This document shows positions 9,362-19,478 of a stretch of 59,295 bases of DNA, piece by piece. Numbering within the stretch: the stretch's first letter is position 1; each line of letters opens with the position of its first letter. The DNA comes from a virus (Duplodnaviria > Caudoviricetes): positions 1-59,295 of the IMG/VR virus record IMGVR_UViG_3300031963_000162; one strand, written 5' to 3'. Under the pieces are notes generated by a model. It ran no database searches, was not told the origin of the DNA, and worked only from the letters and a program-made list of their open reading frames with translations. The position numbers were made by a program, and so were the translations under genes.

Positions 9362-12300
9362 ATGGCCCTTAGTGCGCAAGATATTGCAGCAATCAAACAA
9401 GAGGCGCGTCCTGCTAGTTCAACAGTAGATACGCGTCCTGCTAGTCCAGCGGCAGATACGCGTAAAGCCGCGCCTGCGAAACCGGCAGAATCTGCGGAGC
9501 CTGTGGCACCTTCTGCTCCTTCTGGATTAACAACAGAAGAGCTCACCGATATCCGATTAAATGCTTCTTCTCGGTCTGGCGCTCCGGCCTCAACGGCTAG
9601 TGTTACTGAAACCGGCGCAGGCCCTACGCCTGCGGATATACAACGTGAGCTTAAAACTGGGTTTGTTCAGGGGTTGACGCGTGGCTCAATCCAATCAGCA
9701 AGCGCTTTTACTGGCCTTCGTGCAGGCGCAATGGGAGCACCTTTTGCCGGTCCTGTAGGCCCTTACCTGCCCGGAATCGGTTTCGTCGGGGGCTTAACCC
9801 TAGGCAACATGCTGGCGGACGATGTAGACAAAAAGTTCCCCGGCGTTCCCATGCAATCCCTAATCCCTTACCGCGAGGGTGCAAAGATAGCGGGGGAATC
9901 GATCATGTATGCCCCCGGTATTTTTATGCTGCCTCAGTTGCAGGGAGGACGCGTAGCTCAATTTGTGACTGATCTAGGCACTTCCGCCAGAAAAAACCCG
10001 GCTACCTTTTTGTTAGGAGAAGGTATTTCCGCTGTTGGGGCAGGCACTGGCGGGGGTTTGGCAGAGCAGTTCTTTCCGGGAAACAGTTTCGCTCGACTCA
10101 CGGGTGAGGTAGGCGGCAGTGTGTTCATGCCCGGAAAATTTTTCGTCACGGCTTTAAATGTGGCTGGTGACCTTGCCGTTAGGATGAAAAATGCAGTTCT
10201 GCCCGGTAAAGGAAAAGAAGCTGCCATTTTAAATGCTAGGGAACTAGAGGCGGCAAACAAACTACGCGAAATACTTGAAACGAACAAAGAGGACGTAGGA
10301 CAACTTATCAAGGCTCTCGAAGCACAGTTGCCCGGCGGGGTTTCACCAACTGCCGCTCAGAAGACAGGTTCAGCATCCTTGATGATGTTTGAGAACACCA
10401 TGGCGCGGGGTAATCCGGTTCTTGCGGCAACGGTCAAGGCTAAAGGAACAGACACGCTAAAAGCTTATGCACTTTTAGTTGAAAACCTACGTCAGATAGG
10501 TTCACGTGATGCCTTGAAAAAGGCTGCAGAAATAGAATCGAGCGTATTCACCGATATGTTGAACGAGCGCATCATGGCGGCGGAACTTGTCGCAGCAGAT
10601 CGTATCAACAAGATTAAGGTGGATCGCCCGGAAACTCGCAAGATGGTGGGCAGTATTGTCAAAGAAAGTGTTGTAAAAGCTTTAGACGATTCGCGGAATT
10701 ATGAGCAGTTGTTATGGAATGAGGCAATAAAGGATTCTGTAAAGATTCGTAAAGTTAAGGGGGAGACTATTGTTACTCCACGCGCCGCACCCGTAACGAA
10801 TCTAGGTGAGTCCTTTTTGGAAGTTGCCACTTCTATGACGCCAGAGCGTTTTAATGCAAAGGTGCCTGCGGAGATACGTGCAATCATGTCCCGACTGGGC
10901 ATCGATTCGGATGCCATAGCGAACTACGCCAAAGGAAAAAACACACCAGAGTATTTGAACACGGGGCGCGTACCTTCTGAGTATCTGACTAAACCCGCAG
11001 GCCCACGAACGGATCGTCGAGTATCCATCTTTGAGGGTACAACCGTGCAAGACCTCATAAACATTCGTGGGGACTTACTATCTTATGCACGGGACAGTGC
11101 TGTTTCAAACCCGTCCTTCGCTAACTTTTACGGGCGCTTGTCTGAGGCCGCACTAAGAGACTTAGACGCACTTCCGGGAACAGCGTACGACAGGGCACGT
11201 TCTTTCTCTCGTGCTTTGAATGACGTGTTTAGCCGTACGTTGGCATCGGATGTAACACAGGGGACAGCGATTGTCGGTGGCAAGGTTGTTCCGACTACGG
11301 TAGGGGAAAAACTTCCTGCTGAAATACTTGTTCAAAGAGCTTATGGAAGTGCTAATGACCTCACTTCGCTCCGCATGGACCAGATTGAGAATGCGGTAGG
11401 CTTCTTAAAAAAACAGTATGACGACGCTGTCAGGGACTTCGGTCCGAAAAGTTCACAAGCACGGGCCTTACAAACATATGCGGATGTTTCTGAAAAAGCT
11501 GCCGTATCGGTGAGGGATGCTCACGGTAAAGTTCTTCTTGCTGCAGCCAATAAGACTATCAAGCCTGTCCTTGACCCTTCCACTGGTATTACGCGGGATA
11601 GGGTAGACCCCCGCGCATTACAGCAGTTTGTTGCGGAAAATAAACCCATGCTGGACCGTATGGGGCTGACAAAAGATTTGTCTAGTGCTGTAACTGCAGA
11701 AAACGCGTTCCGTCTAGTTTTGGATAAGAACAGCGCGTTTAACAAGTCGATTCAGTCACAGAAGGCTTTCGCGGATGCGGTTGCAACAGGTGTTGAAAGC
11801 CCTACACGTTTGATAACTCAGGTTTTGAACGGTGATAAACCCATAGAAGGCTTTTCAAAGCTCGTTAATATCGCTGCCAAGAGCAAAAGCTTAGATGCCA
11901 TGGCAGGCTTAAAAGCGAGCGTGATGGATTATGCCTTCACTAAAGCTGGGGGAGTAGACGGCTTTAGTCCTCAGGCTTTTCAAAGTGCGCTTTTTGAACC
12001 TCTTGGGGGAATCAAAGGCCAACCTTCGCTGTACGGCCTGATGCGCAACAAAAACATCATTACCTTAAACGAAGGCAAGCAGCTAAAGCAGGTGCTTAAT
12101 CGCATGTCTTCGGTTGAAGAAGCAATCGGAAACGGAAGACTGCTTGAAGAACTCGTAGCGGCTGGAGGCCCGATTGAAGAGCTGGCGTTAAGGATCATGG
12201 GTTCTAAATTAGGGCAAGCCTTTGACAAGGGCTCCTTGATTGCGGCTTCTGCGGGTTCAAAATACTTGCGCGATATGTTTGACAAGACGCCCATGATGGC

Positions 12301-12718
12301 CGTCAAAAACATGCTGGAACGTGCTGTTGTCGATCCCCAGTTTGCAGCAGAACTTCTAAAGAAGACCGGTACTCTGCCACGGGAGAAGATGTATCTTGCC
12401 GCACGTATGTTTAACTCCTCATTGGTTAATGCAGGGGTGAACTACGCAACGTCGGATGAGAGGCCAACTATCGATCCCACTTTACCGCCGTATGCAGCGC
12501 CTTTACCCCCGTTGCGTCAACGACGATTACAACCTCAAACGGCTCCGACAAGAGGCGTACCGGGTTTAAGCGCGCCTGCGATGCCTAGCAACGTGCCTGC
12601 GATGCCTGATATCACATCCTCCCCTTTGCCTGCTCCAGCGAAAGCCCCGTCACAGGGTCAAGGCACTGGTCGAGAGATGTTGCGTCGTTTGTTCCCGTTT
12701 GATACCACCCTTCAGTAG
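9362..12718 (+). CDS. Large internal virion / ejection protein
   Basis: 1118 aa, mostly helical with glycine-zipper segments near N-terminus; last large gene of the cluster; SD GAGG. Confidence 0.5.
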   Translation: MALSAQDIAAIKQEARPASSTVDTRPASPAADTRKAAPAKPAESAEPVAPSAPSGLTTEELTDIRLNASSRSGAPASTASVTETGAGPTPADIQRELKTGFVQGLTRGSIQSASAFTGLRAGAMGAPFAGPVGPYLPGIGFVGGLTLGNMLADDVDKKFPGVPMQSLIPYREGAKIAGESIMYAPGIFMLPQLQGGRVAQFVTDLGTSARKNPATFLLGEGISAVGAGTGGGLAEQFFPGNSFARLTGEVGGSVFMPGKFFVTALNVAGDLAVRMKNAVLPGKGKEAAILNARELEAANKLREILETNKEDVGQLIKALEAQLPGGVSPTAAQKTGSASLMMFENTMARGNPVLAATVKAKGTDTLKAYALLVENLRQIGSRDALKKAAEIESSVFTDMLNERIMAAELVAADRINKIKVDRPETRKMVGSIVKESVVKALDDSRNYEQLLWNEAIKDSVKIRKVKGETIVTPRAAPVTNLGESFLEVATSMTPERFNAKVPAEIRAIMSRLGIDSDAIANYAKGKNTPEYLNTGRVPSEYLTKPAGPRTDRRVSIFEGTTVQDLINIRGDLLSYARDSAVSNPSFANFYGRLSEAALRDLDALPGTAYDRARSFSRALNDVFSRTLASDVTQGTAIVGGKVVPTTVGEKLPAEILVQRAYGSANDLTSLRMDQIENAVGFLKKQYDDAVRDFGPKSSQARALQTYADVSEKAAVSVRDAHGKVLLAAANKTIKPVLDPSTGITRDRVDPRALQQFVAENKPMLDRMGLTKDLSSAVTAENAFRLVLDKNSAFNKSIQSQKAFADAVATGVESPTRLITQVLNGDKPIEGFSKLVNIAAKSKSLDAMAGLKASVMDYAFTKAGGVDGFSPQAFQSALFEPLGGIKGQPSLYGLMRNKNIITLNEGKQLKQVLNRMSSVEEAIGNGRLLEELVAAGGPIEELALRIMGSKLGQAFDKGSLIAASAGSKYLRDMFDKTPMMAVKNMLERAVVDPQFAAELLKKTGTLPREKMYLAARMFNSSLVNAGVNYATSDERPTIDPTLPPYAAPLPPLRQRRLQPQTAPTRGVPGLSAPAMPSNVPAMPDITSSPLPAPAKAPSQGQGTGREMLRRLFPFDTTLQ

Positions 12719-12726
12719 GAGGCGGC

Positions 12727-13530
12727 ATGGCAACCAAACCAGTAAAAGCAAAGGCCAAGGTGTCAGTTAAAGCCCCTGCTAGAAAAATTCGCAAATTTAG
12801 AGAAGGTGGGTCTGTAATGGATTCCCCTTCTTACGATATGCGCGATCCTGCCTATCGAAAGCAACTAGAAAAGAAACAAGCCTTAGAAACATCAACTGAG
12901 GACCTTGAGCTTCTATTAGGGGTGGGAGCGGCAAAAAAGGGTGCGGGACTTTTACTTAAAGACCTCAAGAACTTTACACAACGAGCACCTAGTCGTTCTA
13001 TCACAAGGAACATAGAGATAGGCTCTAAAACACCTGAGGTTATATACAAAAGGGAATACGACAGACTGCGCCGAATGGCTGACGATGCCTTGGCACAGGG
13101 ACGTAAGGTGCCTGAAAAAGAACTCAAAGAGAAGGCAGAATATTGGACGCAGTATGAATTGAAAAAGATTAAAGACAATAAGCTGCCTTCAAGGAAAGAC
13201 TTAGTAAAACAAGAGGTAAAGGATAAAGCTTTAAAAACTGCGGAACGTGCGTTCTATGCTACTTCGTTGGAAACGGCTCCTAAAGCATTAAGATCGTTTC
13301 AAGATAAAGAAGAGAAGCCCGCTGGCATGAAAAAAGGAGGAGCGGTGAAAAAAACCACGAAGTCCAAGGTCAACCAGTCCGCCAACTACACGAAGCCGAC
13401 GATGCGCAAGCGCTTGTTTGAGCAGATCAAAGGCTCTGCCACGCAGGGGACCGCTGCAGGTCAATGGTCGGCCCGCAAGGCCCAGCTGCTGGCGAAGAAA
13501 TACAAAGCCAGCGGCGGGGGCTACAAGTGA
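12727..13530 (+). CDS. Lys-rich protein with C-terminal GQWSARKAQLL domain (DUF5872-like N-half)
   Basis: 267 aa; NYTKPTMRKRLFEQIK...GQWSARKAQLLAKKYK..GGGY; carries FREGGSV and MKKGGAV motifs. Confidence 0.55.
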   Translation: MATKPVKAKAKVSVKAPARKIRKFREGGSVMDSPSYDMRDPAYRKQLEKKQALETSTEDLELLLGVGAAKKGAGLLLKDLKNFTQRAPSRSITRNIEIGSKTPEVIYKREYDRLRRMADDALAQGRKVPEKELKEKAEYWTQYELKKIKDNKLPSRKDLVKQEVKDKALKTAERAFYATSLETAPKALRSFQDKEEKPAGMKKGGAVKKTTKSKVNQSANYTKPTMRKRLFEQIKGSATQGTAAGQWSARKAQLLAKKYKASGGGYK

Positions 13531-13766
13531 AGAAGCCACAGTTAAGCCTGAAAGCATGGGGCAAACAGAAATGGACCACGAAAAGTGGCAAGCCCTCGTC
13601 CGTCACCGGAGAGAGATACCTGCCCGAGAAGGCCATCAAGTCCCTGAGCCCGGAAGACTATCTCGCTACGACACGGGCAAAGCGGGCAGGGAAGAAAGCT
13701 GGCAAGCAGTTCGTCAAGCAGCCAAAACGCATTGCCGTGAAGACCGCTAGGTTTCGGAAGATTTAG
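13527..13766 (+). CDS. Small basic protein (DUF5872-like C-half)
   Basis: GTG start overlapping upstream TGA (GTGA); PQ.SLKAW.KQKW.TKSGKPS..TGERYLP..AI..LS...GKQFVKQP. Confidence 0.6.
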   Translation: MKKPQLSLKAWGKQKWTTKSGKPSSVTGERYLPEKAIKSLSPEDYLATTRAKRAGKKAGKQFVKQPKRIAVKTARFRKI

Positions 13767-14439
13767 CCAAGAACTTCTCCACCCGCTCCAGCCATTCCTT
13801 CTTCTGACGCTCGAAGTCCCGGCCCGTGGTCGTGAACTCTTGGGTCGTGCCGTCTTGTACAGCAATCAGTACAACACCGAAGTTGATCTCCGTGCCGTAG
13901 ACGATGTCGTGCGCCAAGGCGTAGGCCGAGAGCTGGTGGAAGTAGTCTGTGATCCATTCATAGCGCTTCGGCTTCAGGCTTTGTTTGAAGTCCACAATGG
14001 CCGGTCGCCCACGGAACACGCCTACCAAGTCAGTCGTCCCCGCGTACTTGCCGGGATAGTACAAAGGGACCTCTGAACCCCAGACTTCATCCAGCGAACT
14101 GAAGTGCTCGTTGATCAATCGGTGGCCCATTTCATAGCCCCGCATCTGCAGCCAATCCTCTGCTGGAGGTAATGCTGTTCCCTCCAAGAATCTTTCAATG
14201 ACGAAATGCATGGCCGTACCCACATGCGCGGCTTCGTTCTTAATTCTTTCTGCCTCAGCGGCACCAACCCGTGCAGCCCACGCTTCGAGCGAAGTTTTGT
14301 CTTTCGTCTTGTCAAGAATGTTGGTAACGCTGTAAACAGGCGTGTCGTCGCCCCGGCGGTAGGTGCGGCCCCTAGGCGTTTCAATGCGTTCCAGCCGTTC
14401 GTAGGTGTAGAGATTCTTGACGGGGATCAAATTAGCCAT
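13747..14439 (-). CDS. PD-(D/E)XK exonuclease (RecB/MGME1-like)
   Basis: YSVTNIL, GTAMH..IE, SEV.L...YAGTTDLV...IVDFK, YFHQLSAYA motifs. Confidence 0.8.
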   Translation of the reverse strand: MANLIPVKNLYTYERLERIETPRGRTYRRGDDTPVYSVTNILDKTKDKTSLEAWAARVGAAEAERIKNEAAHVGTAMHFVIERFLEGTALPPAEDWLQMRGYEMGHRLINEHFSSLDEVWGSEVPLYYPGKYAGTTDLVGVFRGRPAIVDFKQSLKPKRYEWITDYFHQLSAYALAHDIVYGTEINFGVVLIAVQDGTTQEFTTTGRDFERQKKEWLERVEKFLAKSSET

Positions 14440-15878
14440 GATTTCAGTTCCTCTCCCATCACCTGTGTGGCGATGTTAATTTTGTCACGTAGGGATTTGA
14501 CGATCTTCTCATCCACCGTGCCGGGGCTGATCAGGTCGATATAGGTCACATTCTTGGTCTGGCCGATCCGGTGCGCCCGATCTTCTGACTGCAGGCGCTT
14601 CTCCAGATCGAAGGAGTTGCTGTAGTACACCACCAGATTCGCCGCCGTCAGCGTCAAACCATACCCCCCGGTGGTAGGGTTGCCGATGAAAAACCGTAGG
14701 GGATTGTTCGGGTCTTGGAAGTCGTTGACGATCTCCTGCCGCTTATTCGTCTCCGTGTCCCCGTAGTACGCCGCCGCCGAGTTCATGCCGTAGACCGAGG
14801 ACAGGGCCAGCTTGATGGCCTCGATATCGTGCCGGTAGTTGGCCCAGATGATCATCTTGCCGTCCGACTCCTCGACAATGTTCATGAGCTCCTTGATCCG
14901 GTTATTCGGTAACTCCAACACCGTCCCGTTATCCAGCTTCACATGCCCACAGACGATCTGATGTAGCCGCATGATCTGGGTCAGGGCGTTCACCGTAGAG
15001 ACCTCGCCCTCCTTGAACAAGGCCAGCGCCATCAGCCGCATCTCCTTGTACGCCTTGGCCTGCTCCTCGGTTAGGTCCACCTCCCGCTTGGCATATAGCT
15101 TATCCGGCAAGTCCAGACACTCGTCCTTCGTCACACGGAAACTGAACCGATCCAGCTTCTCCCGCAACTCCTCCAAATGCCGAAAGCCCAGAATCTGCTT
15201 GAAGCTATGCGTCGCCAACTGCCGCTCTTGCAGCACTGCGTACCGAGCCTGAAACGTGTAGAAACTCTCATGCCCCAAGCATCGCGGATCAAGGAACATG
15301 CACTGCTGAAACAGGTCCAAGGGATTCTTCGTCACAGGCGAGCCCGTCATAATCCGCTTGTACTTGGCCTGCTTGCCAATCTTCACCGAATTCTTTGCCC
15401 GTGCCGCTGTATGCGTTTTGATGGTGGTCGATTCATCAATCGCCATAAACGCGTCATGCGCAAGTAAGTACCTACTAGCGAACTTAACGCCTTTATCTGT
15501 GGACAATGCCTCGATGTTCATGATGAGAATCTTTAAATCCTCACTGATCTCGAACAACTTATCTAACGCTTCTCTTTCTGCTTTCTTCGGGCTGGGACTC
15601 CAGAGCGCCATGCGATAAACAATATGTTCTGGCATATGCTTGGGTATTTCTGTATCCATCCAGTTACGATACACACCCTTGGGCGCGATGATCAGCGCAG
15701 CATTCACATGCCCTTGGTCATACAACATTGCCAAGTTATTGATCAACATGAAGCTCTTGCCCGTGCCCATCTCTGAAAAGAGAGCGGCCACTTGCTTCTC
15801 CCAAAACCTAGTCAAATAGGCCTCTTGATGCAGGAAAGGCTTGTTCTTATACGGGTAGCGTTGCAAAAATTCGTCCAT
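14427..15878 (-). CDS. SNF2-family (SF2) helicase
   Basis: EMGTGKS Walker A, IDES Walker B, MTGSPV, GGYGLTLT, QSEDRAHRIGQ; start set at ATG 15878 behind SD AGAAAGGAG. Confidence 0.9.
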   Translation of the reverse strand: MDEFLQRYPYKNKPFLHQEAYLTRFWEKQVAALFSEMGTGKSFMLINNLAMLYDQGHVNAALIIAPKGVYRNWMDTEIPKHMPEHIVYRMALWSPSPKKAEREALDKLFEISEDLKILIMNIEALSTDKGVKFASRYLLAHDAFMAIDESTTIKTHTAARAKNSVKIGKQAKYKRIMTGSPVTKNPLDLFQQCMFLDPRCLGHESFYTFQARYAVLQERQLATHSFKQILGFRHLEELREKLDRFSFRVTKDECLDLPDKLYAKREVDLTEEQAKAYKEMRLMALALFKEGEVSTVNALTQIMRLHQIVCGHVKLDNGTVLELPNNRIKELMNIVEESDGKMIIWANYRHDIEAIKLALSSVYGMNSAAAYYGDTETNKRQEIVNDFQDPNNPLRFFIGNPTTGGYGLTLTAANLVVYYSNSFDLEKRLQSEDRAHRIGQTKNVTYIDLISPGTVDEKIVKSLRDKINIATQVMGEELKSWLI

Positions 15879-15902
15879 AGCAATTCTCCTTTCTGGTAGG
15901 GG

Positions 15903-15932
15903 TTGCAAAATCCCTGAAAGCAAGTATATACT
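15903..15932 (+). promoter_or_regulatory. Putative sigma70 promoter of the replication operon (divergent control region)
   Basis: TTGCAA (15903-08), 18 bp, TATACT (15927-32); flanked by oppositely oriented AGAAAGGAGAA ribosome-binding motifs. Confidence 0.55.
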
Positions 15933-15962
15933 AATCGCTCGTACCTAGAAAGGAGAAATGAA

Positions 15963-16316
15963 GTGCCTACAGTCTATTGCGTTTCCGAAACAGGGCAGCA
16001 CAACATATCGTCTGCTTTGGACTTTGGAGACATCGTTACCATCTTGCCGCCAAATGCACAGGTTGCTTTTTCTGTTGCACCGACAGTGCGTCGAGCGTAT
16101 CGGGTACTTGAAAACTTCTCTGACGAGGATTATCTTTTATTCATTGGCGATCCCACCGCCATGAGTATCGTCGCCGTCGTTGCAGCACAACGTAACAACG
16201 GACGATTCAAGTGTTTGAAGTGGGACAAGCGGGAGCGACGATATATCCCGATCCAGATCGACTTTAACAATGCATTCAAGAAAGGAGAAAGTTATGAGTT
16301 TGACGAATATGTTTGA
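15963..16316 (+). CDS. Conserved phage hypothetical protein of replication operon
   Basis: GTG start 7 nt after AGGAG; DYLL.IGDP....LKWDK.ERRY.P pattern. Confidence 0.6.
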   Translation: MPTVYCVSETGQHNISSALDFGDIVTILPPNAQVAFSVAPTVRRAYRVLENFSDEDYLLFIGDPTAMSIVAVVAAQRNNGRFKCLKWDKRERRYIPIQIDFNNAFKKGESYEFDEYV

Positions 16317-16848
16317 ACAAGATGCCAATGCCCTGCAGATCGCAGATAACGATCTACAAGGCGTGGCACAGATGGCGCGTCGTGCAAAGTCTCTTGAGAA
16401 AGAGATCGAAGACTTCGAGACAGAGCTCAAGCAGCGGAAAGAGCAGTACCGCAAGCTGACAGAAGAAGTCATTCCCGAAGCACTGACTAGTCTCGGCATG
16501 AAGAGCTTCAAGATGGACGATGGTTCATCGATTGAGATCAAGGCGTTCTACAGCGCGTCGATCACAGAAGCGAAGCGTTCTGAGGCGTTCCAGTGGCTGC
16601 GTGAACACGGCTACGACGACATCATCAAGAACACAATCTCTGTTCGCTTTGGTCGCGGTGAAGAAGCACTCTGTGCTATGGCAGTTGCGACACTACGGGA
16701 CGCAGGTTATCCCGTTGAGCAAGCAGAAAAGGTTGAGCCTATGACCTTGAAGGCATGGGTGAAAGAGCAGGTGGAGAAGGGTCGCGAATTCCCATCTGAT
16801 TTGTTCGGCGCTTACATCGGCCAAAAAGCGACAATTAAATCCGTTTAA
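16294..16848 (+). CDS. Conserved phage protein (coiled coil + AFQWLRE.G..DIIK domain)
   Basis: Start at ATG 16294 behind AGAAAGGAGAAA; typical neighbour of phage SSB genes. Confidence 0.6.
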   Translation: MSLTNMFEQDANALQIADNDLQGVAQMARRAKSLEKEIEDFETELKQRKEQYRKLTEEVIPEALTSLGMKSFKMDDGSSIEIKAFYSASITEAKRSEAFQWLREHGYDDIIKNTISVRFGRGEEALCAMAVATLRDAGYPVEQAEKVEPMTLKAWVKEQVEKGREFPSDLFGAYIGQKATIKSV

Positions 16849-16868
16849 CGACACAAGGAGCATTAATC

Positions 16869-17645
16869 ATGGGTAAAGCAGACGTTGCAGAAGTCAAGAC
16901 AAACGCTAATGCGATTGCAGTATTAACGAACCGTTTTGAAGAGGATGCGCAGTCCGGTTTCGCTGGCATGAATCAGGATGACTTTGCTCTTCCGTTTCTC
17001 CGCTTGTTAACCAACACCTCGCCAGAAGTTGGTTCACTAGACGGTGCAATGCCGGGTATGATCTATAACAGCGTTACAGGGGAACTCTTCGATGGCAAGA
17101 AGGGTATTCTGGTTGTCCCCTGTGCCTATGTACGTCAGTACATTGAGTGGGCACCGCGTGGCAGCGGCTCTGGCGCACCTATAGCGTATTACCCCAGTAC
17201 TAGCGACATCCTCTCCAAAACGCATCGGGTTGCCGGAGAGAACAAAGACTATCTCGATAACGGCAATTACATCGAGAACACCGCGAACCATTACGTCATG
17301 GTGTTGGATGCCACAGGTATCCCTAGCCCTGCACTGATCGTCATGAAGTCCACGCAGCTTAAGAAGTCACGCAAGTGGAACAGCATGATGCAAAGCGCGA
17401 AGTTGATGGGCAAGAACGGTCTGTACACGCCTCCGATGTATTCTCAAACTTATCGCCTGAGCACTGTCAAGGAAAGCAATGACAAGGGTCAGTGGTTTGG
17501 TTGGGAAGTAGAGCACATTGGTAGCGTGGAAAGCGAAGATGTCTACGTTGCAGCGAAGTCATTTGCTGACTCGATCAACGCAGGTGATGTGAAAGTGAGC
17601 CATAGCGACGAGCAAGCTGCACCAGCAGGCGCAACTCCTTTCTGA
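16869..17645 (+). CDS. Single-stranded DNA-binding protein (putative)
   Basis: 258 aa; MKSTQLKKSRKWNS, NDKGQWFGW, C-terminal ...TPF tail; between nuclease/helicase and primase genes. Confidence 0.6.
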   Translation: MGKADVAEVKTNANAIAVLTNRFEEDAQSGFAGMNQDDFALPFLRLLTNTSPEVGSLDGAMPGMIYNSVTGELFDGKKGILVVPCAYVRQYIEWAPRGSGSGAPIAYYPSTSDILSKTHRVAGENKDYLDNGNYIENTANHYVMVLDATGIPSPALIVMKSTQLKKSRKWNSMMQSAKLMGKNGLYTPPMYSQTYRLSTVKESNDKGQWFGWEVEHIGSVESEDVYVAAKSFADSINAGDVKVSHSDEQAAPAGATPF

Positions 17646-17650
17646 TTCAC

Positions 17651-17684
17651 GGGCCCGAACCCATTAGGTAGTAGGGCCCTTTTC
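17651..17684 (+). terminator. Weak hairpin / possible terminator after ssb
   Basis: GGGCCC...GGGCCC followed by TTTTC. Confidence 0.3.
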
Positions 17685-17703
17685 TTCTCTACAGAAAGCA
17701 GAA

Positions 17704-19233
17704 ATGACTGATATCGCCAAATTCAAGGCTATCTTCGAGGGGTCGAACATTGCCTATGGAACCTATAAAATCGAACGCGAGACAGGTAGCGGCAAGCAAG
17801 CAGGCAAGGCGGTTGTCGTTCGGAAACCACCCACGGATGACCTTTGGGCTGCTCACCTTCAGGGCGTTGAGCCTTCTCTTGGCATCATTCCTATTCGTCC
17901 TGACAACAGCTGCATATGGGGCTGCATTGATATTGACCAGTATCCGCTTGACCATAAGGGACTGGTGGAAAAGATTCGTCGGCTAAAACTGCCGCTGGTT
18001 GTGTGCCGCAGTAAGTCAGGCGGCGCTCATGTATTCCTGTTTACTAAAGAACCTATCGCTGCTGCAGAGATGCAGCGTTACTTAAATACGTGTGCAAGCA
18101 TACTGGGAGAAAGTGGTCGTGAAATCTTTCCGAAGCAAACTGAAGTCCTTGTTGAGCGCGGTGACACGGGTAACTTCCTTAACCTTCCGTATTTCGGGGG
18201 CGATGAAACCCTGCGTTACGCGATCAATGATGATGGCACGGCTGCCACAATTGATCAGTTCTGCGGGATTTACGAACAATACGTTCAAGATGTGCCGCTC
18301 GTTCATCCGGAAGAGGAAAAGAAAGATGCGGACGCGCCCATCAAAGACGGTCCTCCGTGTCTACAATCGCTATGCAATCAGGGATTTCCGGAAGGCACTC
18401 GCAACAACGGCCTATTTAACATCGCGGTCTACCTCAAGAAAGCGACACCCAGCAATTGGGAAGATAAGCTGATGGAATACAACCTGAAGTACATGGGGCC
18501 ACCACTGCCCATGAACGAACTTCAGGTGATCACGAAACAGCTTCACAAAAAAGATTACAAGTACAAGTGCAAGGACGCACCACTTAACTCCTTCTGCAAC
18601 GCAGGCCTGTGCCGCACACGTAAACACGGCATCGGTGCAGAGGGTCCTGACGCACCCAAAATATCGAGTCTGACCAAGTACAACTCCGAGCCGCCTCTGT
18701 GGTTCTTGGATGTCAACAACCGTCGCATCGAACTCGACACCGATCAACTGTTCAACCAACCCGCTTTCCAAAAGGCTTGCGTCGAACGTCTGAACGTACT
18801 ACCGCCCACCTTACGTCGGCAAGACTGGGAAGGATTCTTAAACGGCCTCTTGCGTGAGATGGTGGAGCTCGAGCAGATACAAGATGCACCGGAAGACACC
18901 AGCTACAGCGGGCGCTTCCAAGACCTGTTGGAAGAGTTCACCACACATTTGCAGCAAGCGATGGACCGCGAAGAGATTCTCATGGGCCGTCCTTGGACAG
19001 ACGAAGACGAAGCACGTGTGTACTTCCGAATGAAAGACCTCGAAGCACATCTAAAGCGTAGTGGCTTTAACAGCATGAGCGCACCTCGCATGGCACAGAA
19101 GATTCGTGACATGGGCGGTGAGCCGATCAGTTTGTTCTTGAAAGGCCGGGCAATACGCGCGTGGCGAGTACCACGGTTCACGCGTCAAGAGACACCCTTC
19201 GAAACACCACAACAGAAAGGAGCGCCGTTCTAA
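17704..19233 (+). CDS. DNA primase (AEP-like primase-polymerase with PriCT domain)
   Basis: WGCIDID, RSKSGGAH, GNFLNLPY catalytic motifs; PPCL...EGTRNNGLF PriCT-like region; Cys cluster. Confidence 0.8.
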   Translation: MTDIAKFKAIFEGSNIAYGTYKIERETGSGKQAGKAVVVRKPPTDDLWAAHLQGVEPSLGIIPIRPDNSCIWGCIDIDQYPLDHKGLVEKIRRLKLPLVVCRSKSGGAHVFLFTKEPIAAAEMQRYLNTCASILGESGREIFPKQTEVLVERGDTGNFLNLPYFGGDETLRYAINDDGTAATIDQFCGIYEQYVQDVPLVHPEEEKKDADAPIKDGPPCLQSLCNQGFPEGTRNNGLFNIAVYLKKATPSNWEDKLMEYNLKYMGPPLPMNELQVITKQLHKKDYKYKCKDAPLNSFCNAGLCRTRKHGIGAEGPDAPKISSLTKYNSEPPLWFLDVNNRRIELDTDQLFNQPAFQKACVERLNVLPPTLRRQDWEGFLNGLLREMVELEQIQDAPEDTSYSGRFQDLLEEFTTHLQQAMDREEILMGRPWTDEDEARVYFRMKDLEAHLKRSGFNSMSAPRMAQKIRDMGGEPISLFLKGRAIRAWRVPRFTRQETPFETPQQKGAPF

Positions 19234-19478
19234 TGGAAATCCTCGAACTACAAAAATTCAAAGACGCCGAACTCGGTATCTGCACCACATGGCATGGCGA
19301 ACAGTTGGTCGAGCGTTTGGTATACGACGCCCTCGTAATGGTTCGCATCCTGATCGAAGAAGACAGTATGGGTGAGCACGAAGCCGCAGAGTTCATCGAG
19401 CGTGAGTTTGTCTTCAAGTATGCAGGCGATACTCAGCCGATCATCTTGTGGAGAAACTCCAACGATGAAGATTCATAA
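19233..19478 (+). CDS. Small conserved phage protein
   Basis: ATG overlapping primase stop, SD AGAAAGGAG; DA..G...LVYD...EA.EFIE...Y.G..QPII pattern. Confidence 0.55.
   Translation: MEILELQKFKDAELGICTTWHGEQLVERLVYDALVMVRILIEEDSMGEHEAAEFIEREFVFKYAGDTQPIILWRNSNDEDS

Noticed and set aside
11407-11413. In-frame A AAA AAA in the 1118-aa gene as a frameshift site
   Set aside because: Weaker heptamer than A AAA AAG in bacteria; only short hairpins downstream; not at an evident domain boundary.
12933-12939. Second in-frame A AAA AAG (in the 267-aa gene)
   Set aside because: No convincing downstream stem-loop; the gene is Lys-rich so chance occurrence is likely.
13747-14439. Calling the nuclease Cas4 or part of a CRISPR system
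   Set aside because: No Fe-S cysteine set, no other cas genes and no array; ordinary phage PD-(D/E)XK exonuclease.
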